Assembly (NCBI GenBank): GCA_009103225.1
Contig: RHPI01001819.1
Coordinates: forward strand, 62,001 to 126,000
DNA from: Chlorokybus atmophyticus
Taxonomy: Eukaryota; Plantae; Mesostigma and Chlorokybus algae
Direction of reading: 5' to 3'
DNA: 64,000 bases
The notes beneath the pieces were generated by a model that had not been told where the DNA came from, did no database searches, and worked only from the letters and a program-made list of their open reading frames with translations. Made by a program: the position numbers and the translations under genes. Positions 1-12,542 of this stretch are shown here, in pieces (the first letter of the stretch is position 1; each line of letters opens with the position of its first letter).

Positions 1-4
1 TATT

Positions 5-3000
5 ATGCAGGCAGCGCAAGTTGGCAAAGAGCAAGTCTTGGCAAAGGAGGCAACTGCATTGGCAGACTTGCAGAAGAAAATGGATGCTATGATGAAACAA
101 TTGGCTGAACAAAAGGTACATCTAGCAGAGGTGGTGACAAAGACACAGCCTCAAGCTTATCAGCAAGGCAACGCCTATGCAGGCAAGGGAGGAGTGAGAC
201 CAGACACCAGGCAGTGCTATTATTGTCACGAGACAGGTCACATCAAGCCCGTGTGTCCCAAATGGGCAGCAGCCAAGGTCAAGGAGCAAATGGCAACACC
301 AAGCAACGTGGTGGGGTCAACCTCCAAAGTGTCTATGGTGGTGGCAATGAGTGACAGTGAGGATGAGGTTGAGCATGACAAGCCAACCATGCTTATTCCA
401 GCTGCATCTGATGTGCCCTCCTGCAGCACTGCTGCGGCAGCATGCGCATCTGCACCACACCTGCCTGAGACTGAAGAGGTGACAGCTGTGTGGACCAAGC
501 CTGTGAAGATGCACACCTCACCTCAAGTGGCAAAGGGAGAGAACTATGATGTGCTTGAGCAATTGGACTACGTCACTGCCAAGATCTCTATCAAGCAACT
601 GTTGAAAGTGAGTCCTCAACACAGACAGCAATTGACTACCTACCTCAGAAAGCTTGAGAAGAGCGACACTCAAGTGGTGCACATGACTGAGTCTACTGAG
701 CATATTGCCACCTATGCTACAGTAACCATTATGGGTCGGGAGGTGGAGGCTGTGATTGACTCAGGTGCATCATGCACTGTGATGGGAATAACGTTGGTGG
801 AAGCCTTAGGCTTGCAAAGTTCAATGCAACCCACCCGCCGAGTCATGAGAGTTGCCAATGGTAACAAGTGCGCCTTTTTGGGAGTGCTTGAGGAGCTCCC
901 CATCACCATTGGTGAAGTCACGCATGCCGTACGCGTAAACGTCAGCCCCTCAACAATGGATGACCTGCTGGTTGGCACGGACTGGCTAGCTCGAGCTGGT
1001 GCAAATCTCTCATTCTCCAGCATGCAGCTCACCTTTTACGGAGAGGAAGGCTTTGGAGTGGGTGTCACAATGTCCTTCACATCTTCCCCAGGCATAGAGG
1101 TCAAGCAATCTGAAAAGATTATGACAGTGCATCAGCTTCCCATCAACTCCGAGTTAGCACACTCAGAAAGGGAGGAGGTAGTGGAGTTGCTGAGCAAGTT
1201 TGATGATCTCTTTGCTACCAAGCAAGAGTTTGTGTTAGGAGAGAAAGTGCCTGGCACTAACATGGTGACACATGCGATTGACACTGGAGATGCTCGCCCC
1301 ATTGTGCAAAAGCCATACCGCACTTCACGTGCTGAGGATCAGCAGATTGAAGAAGAAGTTGAACACATGCTGCAGGCTGGCATTGTGAGTCCCTCATCAA
1401 GCCCAGGGTCTTCACCAATTGTGATGGTGCCCAAGCCTAACGGCCGCGGCTGGCGGCTTTGCATAGACTACCGCAAGCTGAATGAGGTCACAAAGAAAGA
1501 CAGGTTTCCTGTGCAAGGTGTGACGACATTTTGGACAGTGTGGGCAAAGCCAAGTACTTCAGCAAGTTGGACTTGCTGTCTGCTTACCATCAGGTGTGGG
1601 TGGAGCCTCGTGACCGTGAGAAGACAGCTTTTGTGACCGAGACAGGCTTGTATGAATTCAACACCATGCCCTTCGGTCTCACCAATGCACCAGCGACGTT
1701 CCAAAGGCTGATGACGCAAGTGTTGAAAAAGTACAGCAACAAGTTCGTGCTGGTGTTCTTTGACGACATCATTGTGTACTCCAACACCTTTGAGGAACAC
1801 ATTCAGCATTTGAACTTGGTGATGCAAGCCCTGCGTGACGCACAGCTTGTGGCGGCACTCGAGAAGTGCAAGTTTGGCATGTATGAGGTTGACATGTTGG
1901 GACATGACCTAATGGAAAATGGGGTGAAACCACAAGCCAGCAAGCTGAAGGCAGTACATGAGTTCCCTGTGCCAACTACACAAACACGTGTGCGCTCATT
2001 CTTGGGGTTAGCTTCATACTACGGAAGGTTTGTGGAGAACTTCAGCAAGAAAGCACAACCACTCACTGAGTTGACGTCTAGTGTGGTGCCATTTGTGTGG
2101 GGGGGAGAGCAGCAGCAAGCGTTTGATGAGCTGAAACACGCGTTGACCACTGCTCCAGTATTGAGGAGGCCAGATCTGGATATGCCTTTTGTGGTACTGA
2201 CGGATGCCTCTGACTATGCCTTGGGAGCTATATTGTCACAGCGTGTGGACAACAAGGAGTATGTTGTAGCTTATGCCAGCCGGATGCTCAACAAGGTCGA
2301 GCGAAACTACAATGTAACTGAAAAAGAGTGCCTCGCTATCGTGTGGAGTGTGGAGATGTGGAGGCACTACCTGCATGGTACTACCTTCACGGTGGTGACG
2401 GATCATCGCCCTCTAAAATGGTTGATGAATACAGCTGATCCTACGGGCAAGCTCACCAGATGGTCACTCAAGCTGCAGGAGTATGACTTTGTGGTGGAGT
2501 ATGAGCCTGGCAAGAACCACGACCATGTGGATGCGCTGAGCCGCAATCCTCCGGACTTGTACACTGCTGAAGAAGAGGTAGTGCGTGTGGGGGGGATGTC
2601 TTCTGATGAGCTTGACCTCGGCAATGAGGCACAAGAGGAGGCACTTGAGACATGCACTGAGGGGGAGGACGTTGCTGAATCAAACACTATGCCAAGCCTT
2701 GTGGCTCAGGTGAGCCACGATGTTGAAGGGGAGAACATTGTGGAGGCTCCAGTTGAAGCGCAAATTTTACCCCCGTCAAACATAGTGGAGGCTCCAGTTG
2801 AAGCGCAAATTTTAACCCCATCAAAACTTTCAGCTGGCAAGCCCATTGAAGATGTGATGGATGATCAGGTGTTGCTCACATACTTGAAGGACCCATCCAG
2901 CATCAAAGCACTGTCAAAGCAAGAAAGGAGGCGAGTACGCAAGCGAGCCAAAGGTTTTGCAATGAAAGGCAGTGAGGTCTGGACTTGGCCTGGCAACAAG

Positions 3001-4179
3001 AAGGGGAGAAGCACTTATGATGGGGATGATCAGCCACAGATGGTGACTCGCAGAGTTCCACCTAAGAGTCTGAGGCGAAGTATTATCCAGATGCATCGCG
3101 ACAACATGCATCACCCAAGTGCTGGCAAGGTGCTTGAAATGTTGCGCCCTCGATTCTTCTGGTATGGGATGACTCAGGAAGTGACAGAGTATGTGAACTC
3201 TTGCAAGAGTTGCCAAGAGCACCGGCGTACATCCCGTGAGCCTGCTCCCTTGCATCCAATCAAAGTAACTGGGGAAGCCTTTCACAGAGTGGGAATTGAT
3301 TTGATTGGACCATTGCCTGAGACAGTAAAGGGCAACAAGTACATTGTCATGGCCATTGATTACCTCACCAAATGGGTCGAGGCAAAGGCAATTCCTTCAA
3401 AGGAGGGCATTCATGTGCGCTAGTTTCTGCTTGAGGACATCATCTGCCGTCATGGTGTTCCCACTATCATTCAGAGTGACAATGGGAAAGAGTTTCTCAA
3501 CAGTGAAGTGCAAGACTTGCTGTCACGCTACAATATTGAGAACGTCAACTCAGGCGCTTACCACCCGCAAACAAATGGGTTGGTTGAGAGAATAAATGGG
3601 ACAGTGAAGTTGGCATTGTTCAAAAGCATGGTGGGAAATCGGTGGGAGCAGAATTTGCAACAAGTGCTGTTCACCTACCGTGTAACCAAGCAACGCAGCA
3701 CTCGCGTGACACCGTTCAAGATGGTGTATCACAGAGACCCCAAGCTTCAGCTTGATAATGTGGTCAGCAACTCAGAGATAGAGGAGTTGGATTATGCCAC
3801 AATGGGAGAGGCGGACTTAGCTGCATTGCTGCTGAAACGCCAAGAGTCTGTGAGCAGGCTTTATGATCGAGCTCTGGTGAATATTGAGCAAGCTCAGCAG
3901 AAGCAAATTGAGGACTTTGCAAAAAGGAAGCAACCACTTGACCCAACTCAACTAGCGTGGTTGCAGGTTGGGCAAACTGTGATGCTGAGAACCGGTCCCA
4001 GAGCAGCAGGGGCTGCTGGCAATTGGAAAGGAGGTTATGTGATCAAAGAGATATGCAACACGGCCAAAACAACTATCCTGGTTGAGCACATAACTTCTTT
4101 GAAGCAAGAAACAATGAATGTGGAGAGAATTACCCCCTTCAAAGTTAGGGGCGCAGCTGACGCTGCAAACAGGGCCTAG
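5..4179 (+). pseudogene. gag-pol polyprotein, disrupted
   Basis: Frameshift near 1500-1530 (ORF 5..1636 to ORF 1531..3423) and in-frame TAG at 3421-3423 inside the integrase core; reading continues in the same frame to 4179. Confidence 0.9.
2734..2823 (+). repeat. 45-bp in-frame tandem duplication in the RH-IN linker
   Basis: NIVEAPVEAQILPPS / NIVEAPVEAQILTPS; units start at 2734 and 2779. Confidence 0.95.
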
Positions 4180-5174
4180 AAAGGCCCAGGAAGGGCCTTT
4201 CGCGGCGCCATGATTCGCAAGCCGCGCGAACTTATGGTGACCGTCGGATAAGATCGACGGCCCTGCGACTCGCGGCTGGCAAAATGAGGAAAGGCCGAAT
4301 TTGAGGCCGGGAAAACCGGAAGGAGTGCTGATCGCGCTGTTGCCAGGACCGCTCAATGTGCAACCTCAGGCCCCTACTGCAATGTTTACTGGATTCCCTG
4401 GATTTATGTGAAAATTTCCTCAGCAAAACCCAGGTGGGTTTTTGTGTTGGTGGGGAGGGGCTTCTCACAGCTGTGGGTACCAGACGGGTGCCCGGCAGCG
4501 AGACAGTGACCAGGCCGCGTGGTCCAATCACGACACAACGATGAAGACTGTGCGCGGAGCGTGACGACCGTGCGATGAAGTAGGCGAGGAGGTGCTGCAT
4601 CAACGGCCAGTAGGTGTTGATGTAGTTAAAATAATGTTGTTTATCTAATTAACCATGTGATCGCATAATAAGGCAGTTAGCCACGGGTCTTACTGCAGGA
4701 AATGGCTGTAAATAGCTAGGGAAGATGCCCTAGTGTGGCTATGCCAGCATATAATAGTTGCATTATTAATCAAACAGTGGTTAATAAGCTTATTTGTTAT
4801 TGCATGCCTAGCTGGATAAGACCAGTGACAAGGGTATAAAGGTAGTTCGGCGGCTCACTTGTAGGTAGCCCGGGAGCCGCCTTCTCTTCAAGCATCTTTA
4901 ATACAAGAATGACTTCTGAAACTTGAGTGAATGATGCATGGCGTGCTTATGTGAATGTCACAATTTCACAATGAATTTTGCTCATTGCCTCCCCGGGTGG
5001 GCATGAGCTGTGTGTGCTAATACGTTCGGCGCACAGGCCACGTGAATGACGGTGGTGACTGCGCCACTACCGGTCACCCACCGGCTTCTCACATGGTTTT
5101 GTAAGATAAACGCCGGATAGCCGGCAATAATCTATCCTATCCGCCGGCTATCCGTCCGGTGGGGAGAGCCTCTA

Positions 5175-8100
5175 GGGTTTAGTCCCCTAATCTGGGAACG
5201 GCCCCTTATTTGGGGATTAGCCGTTTTTAGCTGATATCTACCGGCCTGTGGGGTATTTGCCGGCCATATTATAGGTTTAGGCAGGTATGATTGATACGCG
5301 TCTAACGAGCCTTTAACATTGGTAAACGGATCAGCGGGGCGGGAGTTTTGATTTGAATTTTCAAAGTTGGTAAATTTTGTGGTTCAAACGGTGTAGTAAC
5401 ACCATGAAGTTTGCAACTTAATAACTCTGGCATGTGATATGCAAATTGGATGATTGTTTTTTTGTTGGGTTTGTATAGGCTATAGGACCTTATTTCTCAA
5501 GTTTCATGCTATTCCACGCGGAAATGTACTAGTTATAAAGTTCACACTTTTGGGGTGTAACGTAACGACACAGCCCAAAAGTGAAGTTGGTGATTGTTGC
5601 CTTTGTGAGTGTTAGAACTGGTTGGGGCTCCGTGTTTGTGTTTGTATTGCAGTTTGCATGCCTCAAGCACTCACTGGTTGAGTGTTGGTGGCATTTCAGT
5701 TGTTTGCTAGCTGTAGGCTAAAGTGTGAGGGGGTGAGATAATGTGAGTGAGGTGTGCTGGTGCAGAGGAGACAAGAGCAGTCAGAGAGTTGTACACGCGT
5801 TAGCTGTGTTACAAAGGAGTTGTATACACTGCTACAAGGTCAGCTAGCCAGCCCTCAAGTCCTACCCTATGGTACAAAGCAGCACGCAAAGGGTGGGTCT
5901 GTTGCATTTGTCAGCAACTTTGTCATCACTGTGGCACAAGGCCACTCAGACCACCCTGTTGCATCATGCTGTTGATACTGCAACTCTCAGGGTAAACGTG
6001 TCAAGGCTAAGACACCTCTGGCCAAGAAGAGAAAGAGGAGCCACAACAACTATAGCGGCATCCTGGAGGACATCCAGCGTGCGGTAGCCTCCATCAACCA
6101 GGGCTGTATGCATGTTGCTGATGCTGTCAAGGACCTTAACATCCCGGACACCACCATGCGTCGCTTCGTTGCACAACCACACACCATTCCCGAGTACAAG
6201 TGAGTTGAGGCTGTAGGTGCTGCTGTGCTGATTCAGCAAGTCAAGACAAGTTAGTTAGTGACATGTGTATACAGGTTTGCTGGCGCTCCCACCATCTTTA
6301 GTGATGTTGAGGAGACTGACCTAGCAGAGTTTGTTAATGGCTCGTAATGGGTGGGGTCGTGGCATGACGTGGACAGAGATTGGTATAGAAGCAGGCAAGA
6401 GGCTAGTAGGAGATGACAGAGCCAAACTGCTAAAGGGAGGGGTACCTGGGAAGAGGTGGTTCGCTGGCTTCAAGCGGAGGAAGCGTTTGGTCACCAGGAA
6501 GGCAGAGCCCCTCGACAAGTCCAGAAGAGTCTCCCTCAACAAACCTGTCGTGTACCACTACTTCCAGCTGCTGGCTGAGACTGTGCAGCAGCTGGGGGTT
6601 GGTCCGGATATGATCATCAGCGCTGATGAAGTTGGCATCGAAGCAGATACGGCCATGCAGAACCAGCGCATCATCCGCGAAAGGTAAACAAGTTAGTCAT
6701 GCATTGGTTACACGCACACGCGCACACACACATGCGTTCAAACACAACATTACTAACTTACATGTTTTGCATAGTGGGGCAAAGTGGGCACAAGCTGCAA
6801 CTACATGCAGCAGGGAGCACATCACCCTTATGTGTGCAGTCACCGGAGCTGGTCTCGCTGCCCCTTCCCTTGTCATTGTCAAGGGCCAACGCCTCACAGT
6901 GGATGCCAAGGACTTTGATGTACCTGGAGCAAGATTTGCAGCATAGGAGAACGCATGGATGACAACGGAGATCTTCGAGTTGTGGATCAAGGAGTTGGTG
7001 AAGTGGTATCTCGGAGGAGTTAGCGCTTCCAACCCTGCACTGTTGGTGGTGGACGGACATGTGAGCAGATACAACTGCAGCATGATCCGCTACGCACAAG
7101 ACAAGGGCCTCCACATCCTCGTGCTGCCACCCCACACAACACATCGTCTTCAAGTGCTTGATGTCAGCTGCTTCCACCCCTTCAAGGAAGCCTATAGGAA
7201 GGAGTATTGCCTGCGCCAGGAGACAAGATACAACTTTGACCTCAGTAGGAAGGAGTTCCTGAAGCTGCTGGTGAAGCCTTACTACGCTGGGTTGTCCCCT
7301 GCAAACATTATCGCGGGCTTCCGGGCATGTGGACTTTGGCCCCTCAACACACATGCACTTGACAAGTACTTCACAGACAAGCAGCTGGCACCACCACCTC
7401 CTGGTCTGTCTGCTCTGCTGGAGGCGATCGACAAGGGCGATGAGGAGGATGACAACAACAACAACACAGAGGATTGCAGCCCCAACACTGAAGCGCCAGC
7501 TAAACGAAAGCGTGGCATCAAAACTGCACACCTGCTGACTAGCGACGAGATAGCAGCAGAGATTGAGAGACAGGACCAAGCCAAGGTTGACAAGGCAGCA
7601 GCAGTGCAAGCACGTAAGGAGGCTGCCAAGCAAAAAAAGGAAGAAGCTGTGCATGCAGCAGCAGCAAAGGCAGAGAGGGTGCAAACAAAGAAGAAACAGG
7701 CTGCCTCAAAGAAGATGCTGGCTGAGAGAGAGAAAGCTGCCAAGACTCAAGCCAAGCAGGACGCAGAGAAGGAGAGACAGCAGGAGCAAGCACAGCAAAG
7801 GCAATAAGCACAGCAAGCAGAGCAAGCAGAACAACAGCAGCGAGAGAGAACTGCAAAGGAGGCAACCGAGCTGTGGATGCGCTACGAGTGGGATCCCATG
7901 TTGTGCAACAACCAATTGGGAGACCCCCTGTGGGACTACGCTGAGGGCTTCGCCGAGCGCCATCTCCGCCCAGACCCTGCCCCCCATGCACAGGCCAAGA
8001 AGGCGGGCCTCCACTGGAGACAGCGGCCAAGGGAGCGACACATACACAAGAGACCACCCCGCTAGAGTCCTAGACTTAGACAACTTTGTAGACCTAGTTT

Positions 8101-8644
8101 GCCTTGACTCACACACCCTGTACATACAAATGCATGCATGCAAGACCTTTGTGCTCTGCTGTGCGCCTGATGCCACCCATACCCACACCGATGACGCCGC
8201 CGCCCGCTTGCTTGCAACCTTGCAACTGACACAAGGTTTCCCGCCAAGGCGGCGCAGCTTGGCGGGAACAAACCGCCTGCAAGCAATAGCCTGCACATCA
8301 CACCCATCACAGCCTGCCCCCCAGCCTACTAGCTGGCTGCCGCCACTTCACAATGGCTGCGGCCAGCAGGTTGATGGCAATCATGGATGGCTGACAGCGC
8401 CCATCAGCCTTTCTCGAGTCATCAAATTAGGGCACGCGCACCCTTGGGGTCAGACCCTCTGCACCCCCTACTTTGGCGCGGTGTATCTGACACGATACCG
8501 CGCGAAAAAATGTGAAAAAAATATCACTGTGTAGCCTATAATTTCAACTATCCAGCAACTATACACATGACCGCCATCAACCCTATCAGTCAAGCACAAT
8601 ATGCTTAAAACCTTAAATTATCCCCAAAATAGGGGACTTGACCC
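5175..8644 (+). mobile_element. pogo/Fot1-like DNA transposon 1 (~3.47 kb)
   Basis: Imperfect TIRs GGGTTTAGTCCCCTAATCTGGG (5175) versus reverse complement GGGTCAAGTCCCCTATTTTGGG (ends 8644), 18/22 matches; TA on both outer sides (5173-74, 8645-46); encloses a DDE_1 transposase. Confidence 0.7.
5991..8065 (+). pseudogene. Spliced pogo/Fot1-like transposase (psq HTH, CENP-B/Tc5 HTH, DDE_1, Lys/Ala/Gln-rich tail)
   Basis: AVASINQGCMHVADAVKDLNIPDTTMRR (psq-like), PGKRWFAGFKRR, IISADEVG, ENAWMT, LLVVDGHVSR, LPPHTTHRLQVLDVSCFHPFK; GT-AG introns near 6200-6274 and after 6682; frameshift near 6335; in-frame stops near 6944 and 7805. Confidence 0.9.
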
Positions 8645-8862
8645 TAAGTCGATGGTCCGTGTTGCATCGTACATGTATACTGCTAGTGCACTGTGTCACA
8701 CAGTGCACACAGTCTGTGTGTAAGGTCCTCTGGCGGTGCACGCACCAGCACTGCCGCGATACCGGACCAGTGCTGCTCAGGTTGGCAGGCCGCGGAGGTT
8801 GCGACCACCCCTGGTTCAAACACTTGAACCGCGTGCTGCACCAGTGCTTCACTGGTTCATAG

Positions 8863-8968
8863 CACACGATTTTAACGTGCAAGAACCATGCATGGTCCTT
8901 CCACGGACCTCGCGGGCCAACCATGATCCGTCCTCCGCCGACCAGGCATTCGTGGTCCGCGGAGGACG
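8863..8968. mobile_element. Terminal relic of the CACAC-type transposon family, interrupted by pogo element 2
   Basis: CACACGATTTTAACGTGCAAGAACCATGCATGGTCCTTCCACGGACCTCGCGGGCC resembles the reverse complement of the 43726-43785 terminus. Confidence 0.7.
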
Positions 8969-8970
8969 TA

Positions 8971-11900
8971 GGGTAAGAGTGGATTATTCCGGACACTTTT
9001 TGCTGCTAAGTGTGTGATGGGAGTTGATGTGTGAATTTTGATGGGTGTATAAAGGGGCAGCTGGGGGCTATATATATATAAGATGCCATTGAGACTGCAT
9101 TTTTTGGCCCAATATGCTGTCAGCAATGACGGGTCAAAGACCCATGTGTGCTGACGGGCTGCAGAAAATGGCTGGTTGTGACTCCAAACAGTTTGTTTTT
9201 GCTGTGTGTTGGTAAGACATGTGAGCCTCGTGGCGGCGGGGGTGGGCGGGAAAGTGCATGGCGGGAGTGTAGATAATGTTGCAAGCAAGGCAGGAGGGCG
9301 TGGCGGTAATTGTAGGACATGGATGATGGGTAAGTGTGGTAGGGATTGGCATGCATGGTGTGCATACACATGCATGGTCACAAGTGATGATGTATTGCAC
9401 GTCCCCTAGGGTCTGCTAGGCTCAAGTCTAGAACGGCAATTGACTGTTGAAGGTGTGCGCATTCTGCGTTAGCCACATGTAGTGCTGATGCTGCCTAACG
9501 CTAGCCTCATGCATGGCCTGTTGCCTAACTTGCTCTGCTTCCTTAGCATGTAACTCTGCCCTTGCAGCCTCCTCTGAGGCCTTGGCCGCCACCTCCTTCA
9601 CAAGGCGCTTCTCCTCCGCCAGTGCCGCCTTGACAGCTTTGGCTGCCTCGCGCTCAGTTGCTTTCTCCCGTTTGGCTGTCTCCTTCATGGACTTCTGGTA
9701 CGTCTACTCTAGCTTGCGCTCTGCTGCCAAGCGAGCGCGCTCTTTCTTTGCTGCCTCCGCTGCCTTCTTATGTTGCTCCTTGGCCTGCAGGTAGCAAATA
9801 AGCTCAGGTGAGGTGAGGATGCAAGCGCCGTCGAGCCTGTGGAACTCCTCGGGAATGATCTCCTCCTCTGCTGCCTCACCCTCTTGACCCTCCTCTAAGG
9901 CTTCCCCCCTCCCATACTCCAACTGCCAAGCTGACTGCCCTGCCTCCAGCAACGCAGCGGTGAGTGCATCACCCTCTAGCTTCGGCTCCTGAGTTGCTAG
10001 CTGCTGTGTATCGTCTCTCAGCTTGTGATCTAGCGTGCTTGTTTCCTGGTCACAGACCTGCATGTGCACATGAGTGAGTGTGGGTTGGTGGTGCATGTGC
10101 ATGTGGGTGGGTGGGTGGGTGTGCCAGATGCATGAGCTGTGCATGCATGATGCGTACCGCATGCTTTGAAGCCGTTCGTAATGTTTGTGTAAAACACGGC
10201 CAACATGAAGGGCTTCGCCGTCAGCTTGACAAACTCCTCCTTCGTCATACGTTCCGGGTTCTCCTCAAGCATGTGCTTGTGATGTTCTTCACGGTACCTC
10301 GCCTTGAAGGAGCTGAAGCAAGACACATCCAACACCTACCCATACAGAGGTAAGAGAGGGTGTGTTGTTGCATGCATGCACGCATTACTGTAATGTCAGC
10401 TTACTGACCTGCATGGCGCGTGTCAGGTGAGGTGTAAGGAGGATGATGTGTACGCCGTGCGCCCTGGCCTTTAAGATCGGGTCAAGCTGCATCCTACTGC
10501 TGTGTCCGTCAATGACCAGGATGCAAGGGTTCTCGGGGCTGCTGCCACCAGGTATGTAGTCCAGGAAGTGGTTAAATCAATCAGCAAAAATTGCATTCGT
10601 CATATAGGCGTTCTCCTGTGCACACTTTGATCAGATGCATGTGCAGTTTTGTTTATGAACCCCACTTATCTGCATGGCCACCATGCTGCCAATGGGCGCG
10701 TCCTCTAGGTAGTTCTTTGTCTTACGTTGCCCTTTCAGTATGTACAAAGGGGGGATGCTAGCCCCAGATGCTGAGATTCACCCGATGTGCTCCCTATTGC
10801 CCACCTTTCAGTGATATTGGGTTTTGTACCCCCTAGGTGCAATGACCTTCACAGTACCTTAATACACAATGCAATAGTGCATTGCCTTCCCTGCTGACAG
10901 TAACAGGTTGTGCTAACAGCTCGTGCAAAGCAGGCCTTACCTAGGTTGTCTGGCTCTAGGCCAGTTTCGTCCGCGTTAAAAATCCTATGTGGTGGGATGC
11001 CCAATGCATGTAGCAGGGGGAGATACAAGTCAAAGAACTTGTATGCATTGGTGCGAGTTGCTGCCTTGTGACGCCTCCTGTAAAGTCCTTCTGCTACACG
11101 TCTGCTAAGGTCCTAGTTGGCAAAGTAGTCTCTGCACTAGCGGAGGCCTGGCAGACACAGCTTGCCAAACCTCTGCAGTCTCTCCTTGTCCCATTGAAAA
11201 ATATGCAACATCTGCCAGCAGGGTAAGTGAGCAACACTGTGTGTGTGTGTGTGTGTGTGTGCGCGTGCAACATTGCATGCAACTCCCGACACTAACTTGC
11301 CTGTTGCTGCAGGGCAGTGACAGTGGGGGAGTGGTCCACATCACACATGGCATGAACCCACTCACAAAGCTCTCTCTATTCTATTTTGGTGAGGATTGCT
11401 TCCTTTCCAGGGCTCCTTGGCCTCTCCAGCTTGGTGGGGTCGTGCAAGTAATCGCACAGTGTGCTGCGAGACACACCAATGGTCTTCGCAGCCTTGCGCA
11501 GGGACACAACCCCTGCCTGTATCTGCCCAATGGCAGCAGCTATGTCCTGAAGCCCTTCATCATCATCTGCCTAGGATACGTGTGGGGCTGATGTGGGGGT
11601 GGGTGGAGTTCAGAGTCGTTTGCTCCTCTTTTTTGGGGGAGCGGTTGGAGTGTGTAGGCGCCTTCTCTGCTGTGGAGTTCTGTCAGCAGGTGCCTGCGCA
11701 CAAATGCCCTATGATGAGGTAACACTCTGAGGGCATATGTGTATGCACAGTAGTTGGTTGCATGCATAGCTTGAGATAACAGTTGTAATACAACTTACGC
11801 TTGAATTTGTTGTCTGCCCACTGCTCTGGCTGCCCCGCGTATGCATGTTGCCCCCCCCNCCCCCCCCCCCCCCCCCCTTTCCCGTGAGCCACAACCTCAA

Positions 11901-12427
11901 CCTAAGCCACACCACACCACACTGCAAACACACTCCCCAATGCCTCAGTAACGCTATTCACTCATTCATATCACACAAACATACGCCACAATGCAACTCC
12001 CATGCCAAACACTCACACATACACAAAGTCACAATTTATGGGTTGCGCATGCGGCACGCTGAGTATTGGTTAAAACCTCATAACCAAAGCAAATCAATGT
12101 GGAATTAATTAGGTTTGGTGCATTGAATTTTTCATCTCGAGCCCCACATGCTCACCAGAACACATCACCATTGGCCAATCTAATCACTATTCCGGAGCAC
12201 TCAAAGTCAAGTTAACCATGTTTGCACGTTTATGATAATCAAACTGTTCGAGTTTGGCGCTCTTAATCTCAACCAACGGGGCTGATTCTTGGCGGGTAGA
12301 CTTGAGAGGGCGCTAGAAAGGCCCTCACCAAGTTTCACTCCATTCGGACGCCAAACTTGGAAGTTAGTACGCCAGCAGTAGGAAGTGTCCGGATTTGCAA
12401 AATGTCCAGAGTTAGGGCACCTTACCC
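8971..12427 (-). mobile_element. pogo/Fot1-like DNA transposon 2 (~3.46 kb)
   Basis: Both ends begin GGGTAAG and carry (T)CCGGACACTT-type subterminal sites; TA flanks at 8969-70 and 12428-29. Confidence 0.75.
9420..11590 (-). pseudogene. Spliced pogo/Fot1-like transposase, disrupted
   Basis: Minus strand: AAIGQIQAGVVSLRKAAKTIGVSRSTLCDYL (psq HTH), IFNADETG (~10975), ILVIDGHSSR (~10510), LDVSCFSSFK (10335), K/A/E-rich tail (9428..9688); several introns, frameshifts and stops. Confidence 0.88.
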
Positions 12428-12542
12428 TACACTATGCTGGTTTTCGGTTGTGGTACGCGGTACACCAGGCGGCGCCTGGCGGGCGCAGCCCCGCGGGCCT
12501 GCGGCCCTGCTAACGCGCACATAGTTCGTGCAGCACCGCATA

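Larger units (their letters stand above)
1..4179 (+). mobile_element. Ty3/Gypsy LTR retrotransposon internal region, 5' truncated by window edge, decayed
   Basis: Domain order gag zinc knuckle (CYYCHETGHIKPVC), aspartic protease (VIDSGASC), RT (WRLCIDYRKLN, MPFGLTNAPATFQR, FFDDII), RNase H (LTDASDYALGAIL, TDHRPL), integrase (HPSAGK...CKSC, VGIDLIGPL, SDNGKEF, YHPQTNGLVER). PR-RT-RH-IN order is Gypsy. LTR boundaries not resolved. Confidence 0.95.

Noticed and set aside
4180-5093. 3' LTR of the first Gypsy ending at TCACA (5093)
   Set aside because: No clear PPT-TG start and no partner LTR in the window; boundaries unsupported.
6758-8534. Long ORFs 6758..7684 (-), 7563..8534 (+) and 7706..8296 (-) as separate genes
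   Set aside because: Antisense or off-frame shadows of the transposase and its repetitive tail; no recognisable motifs.
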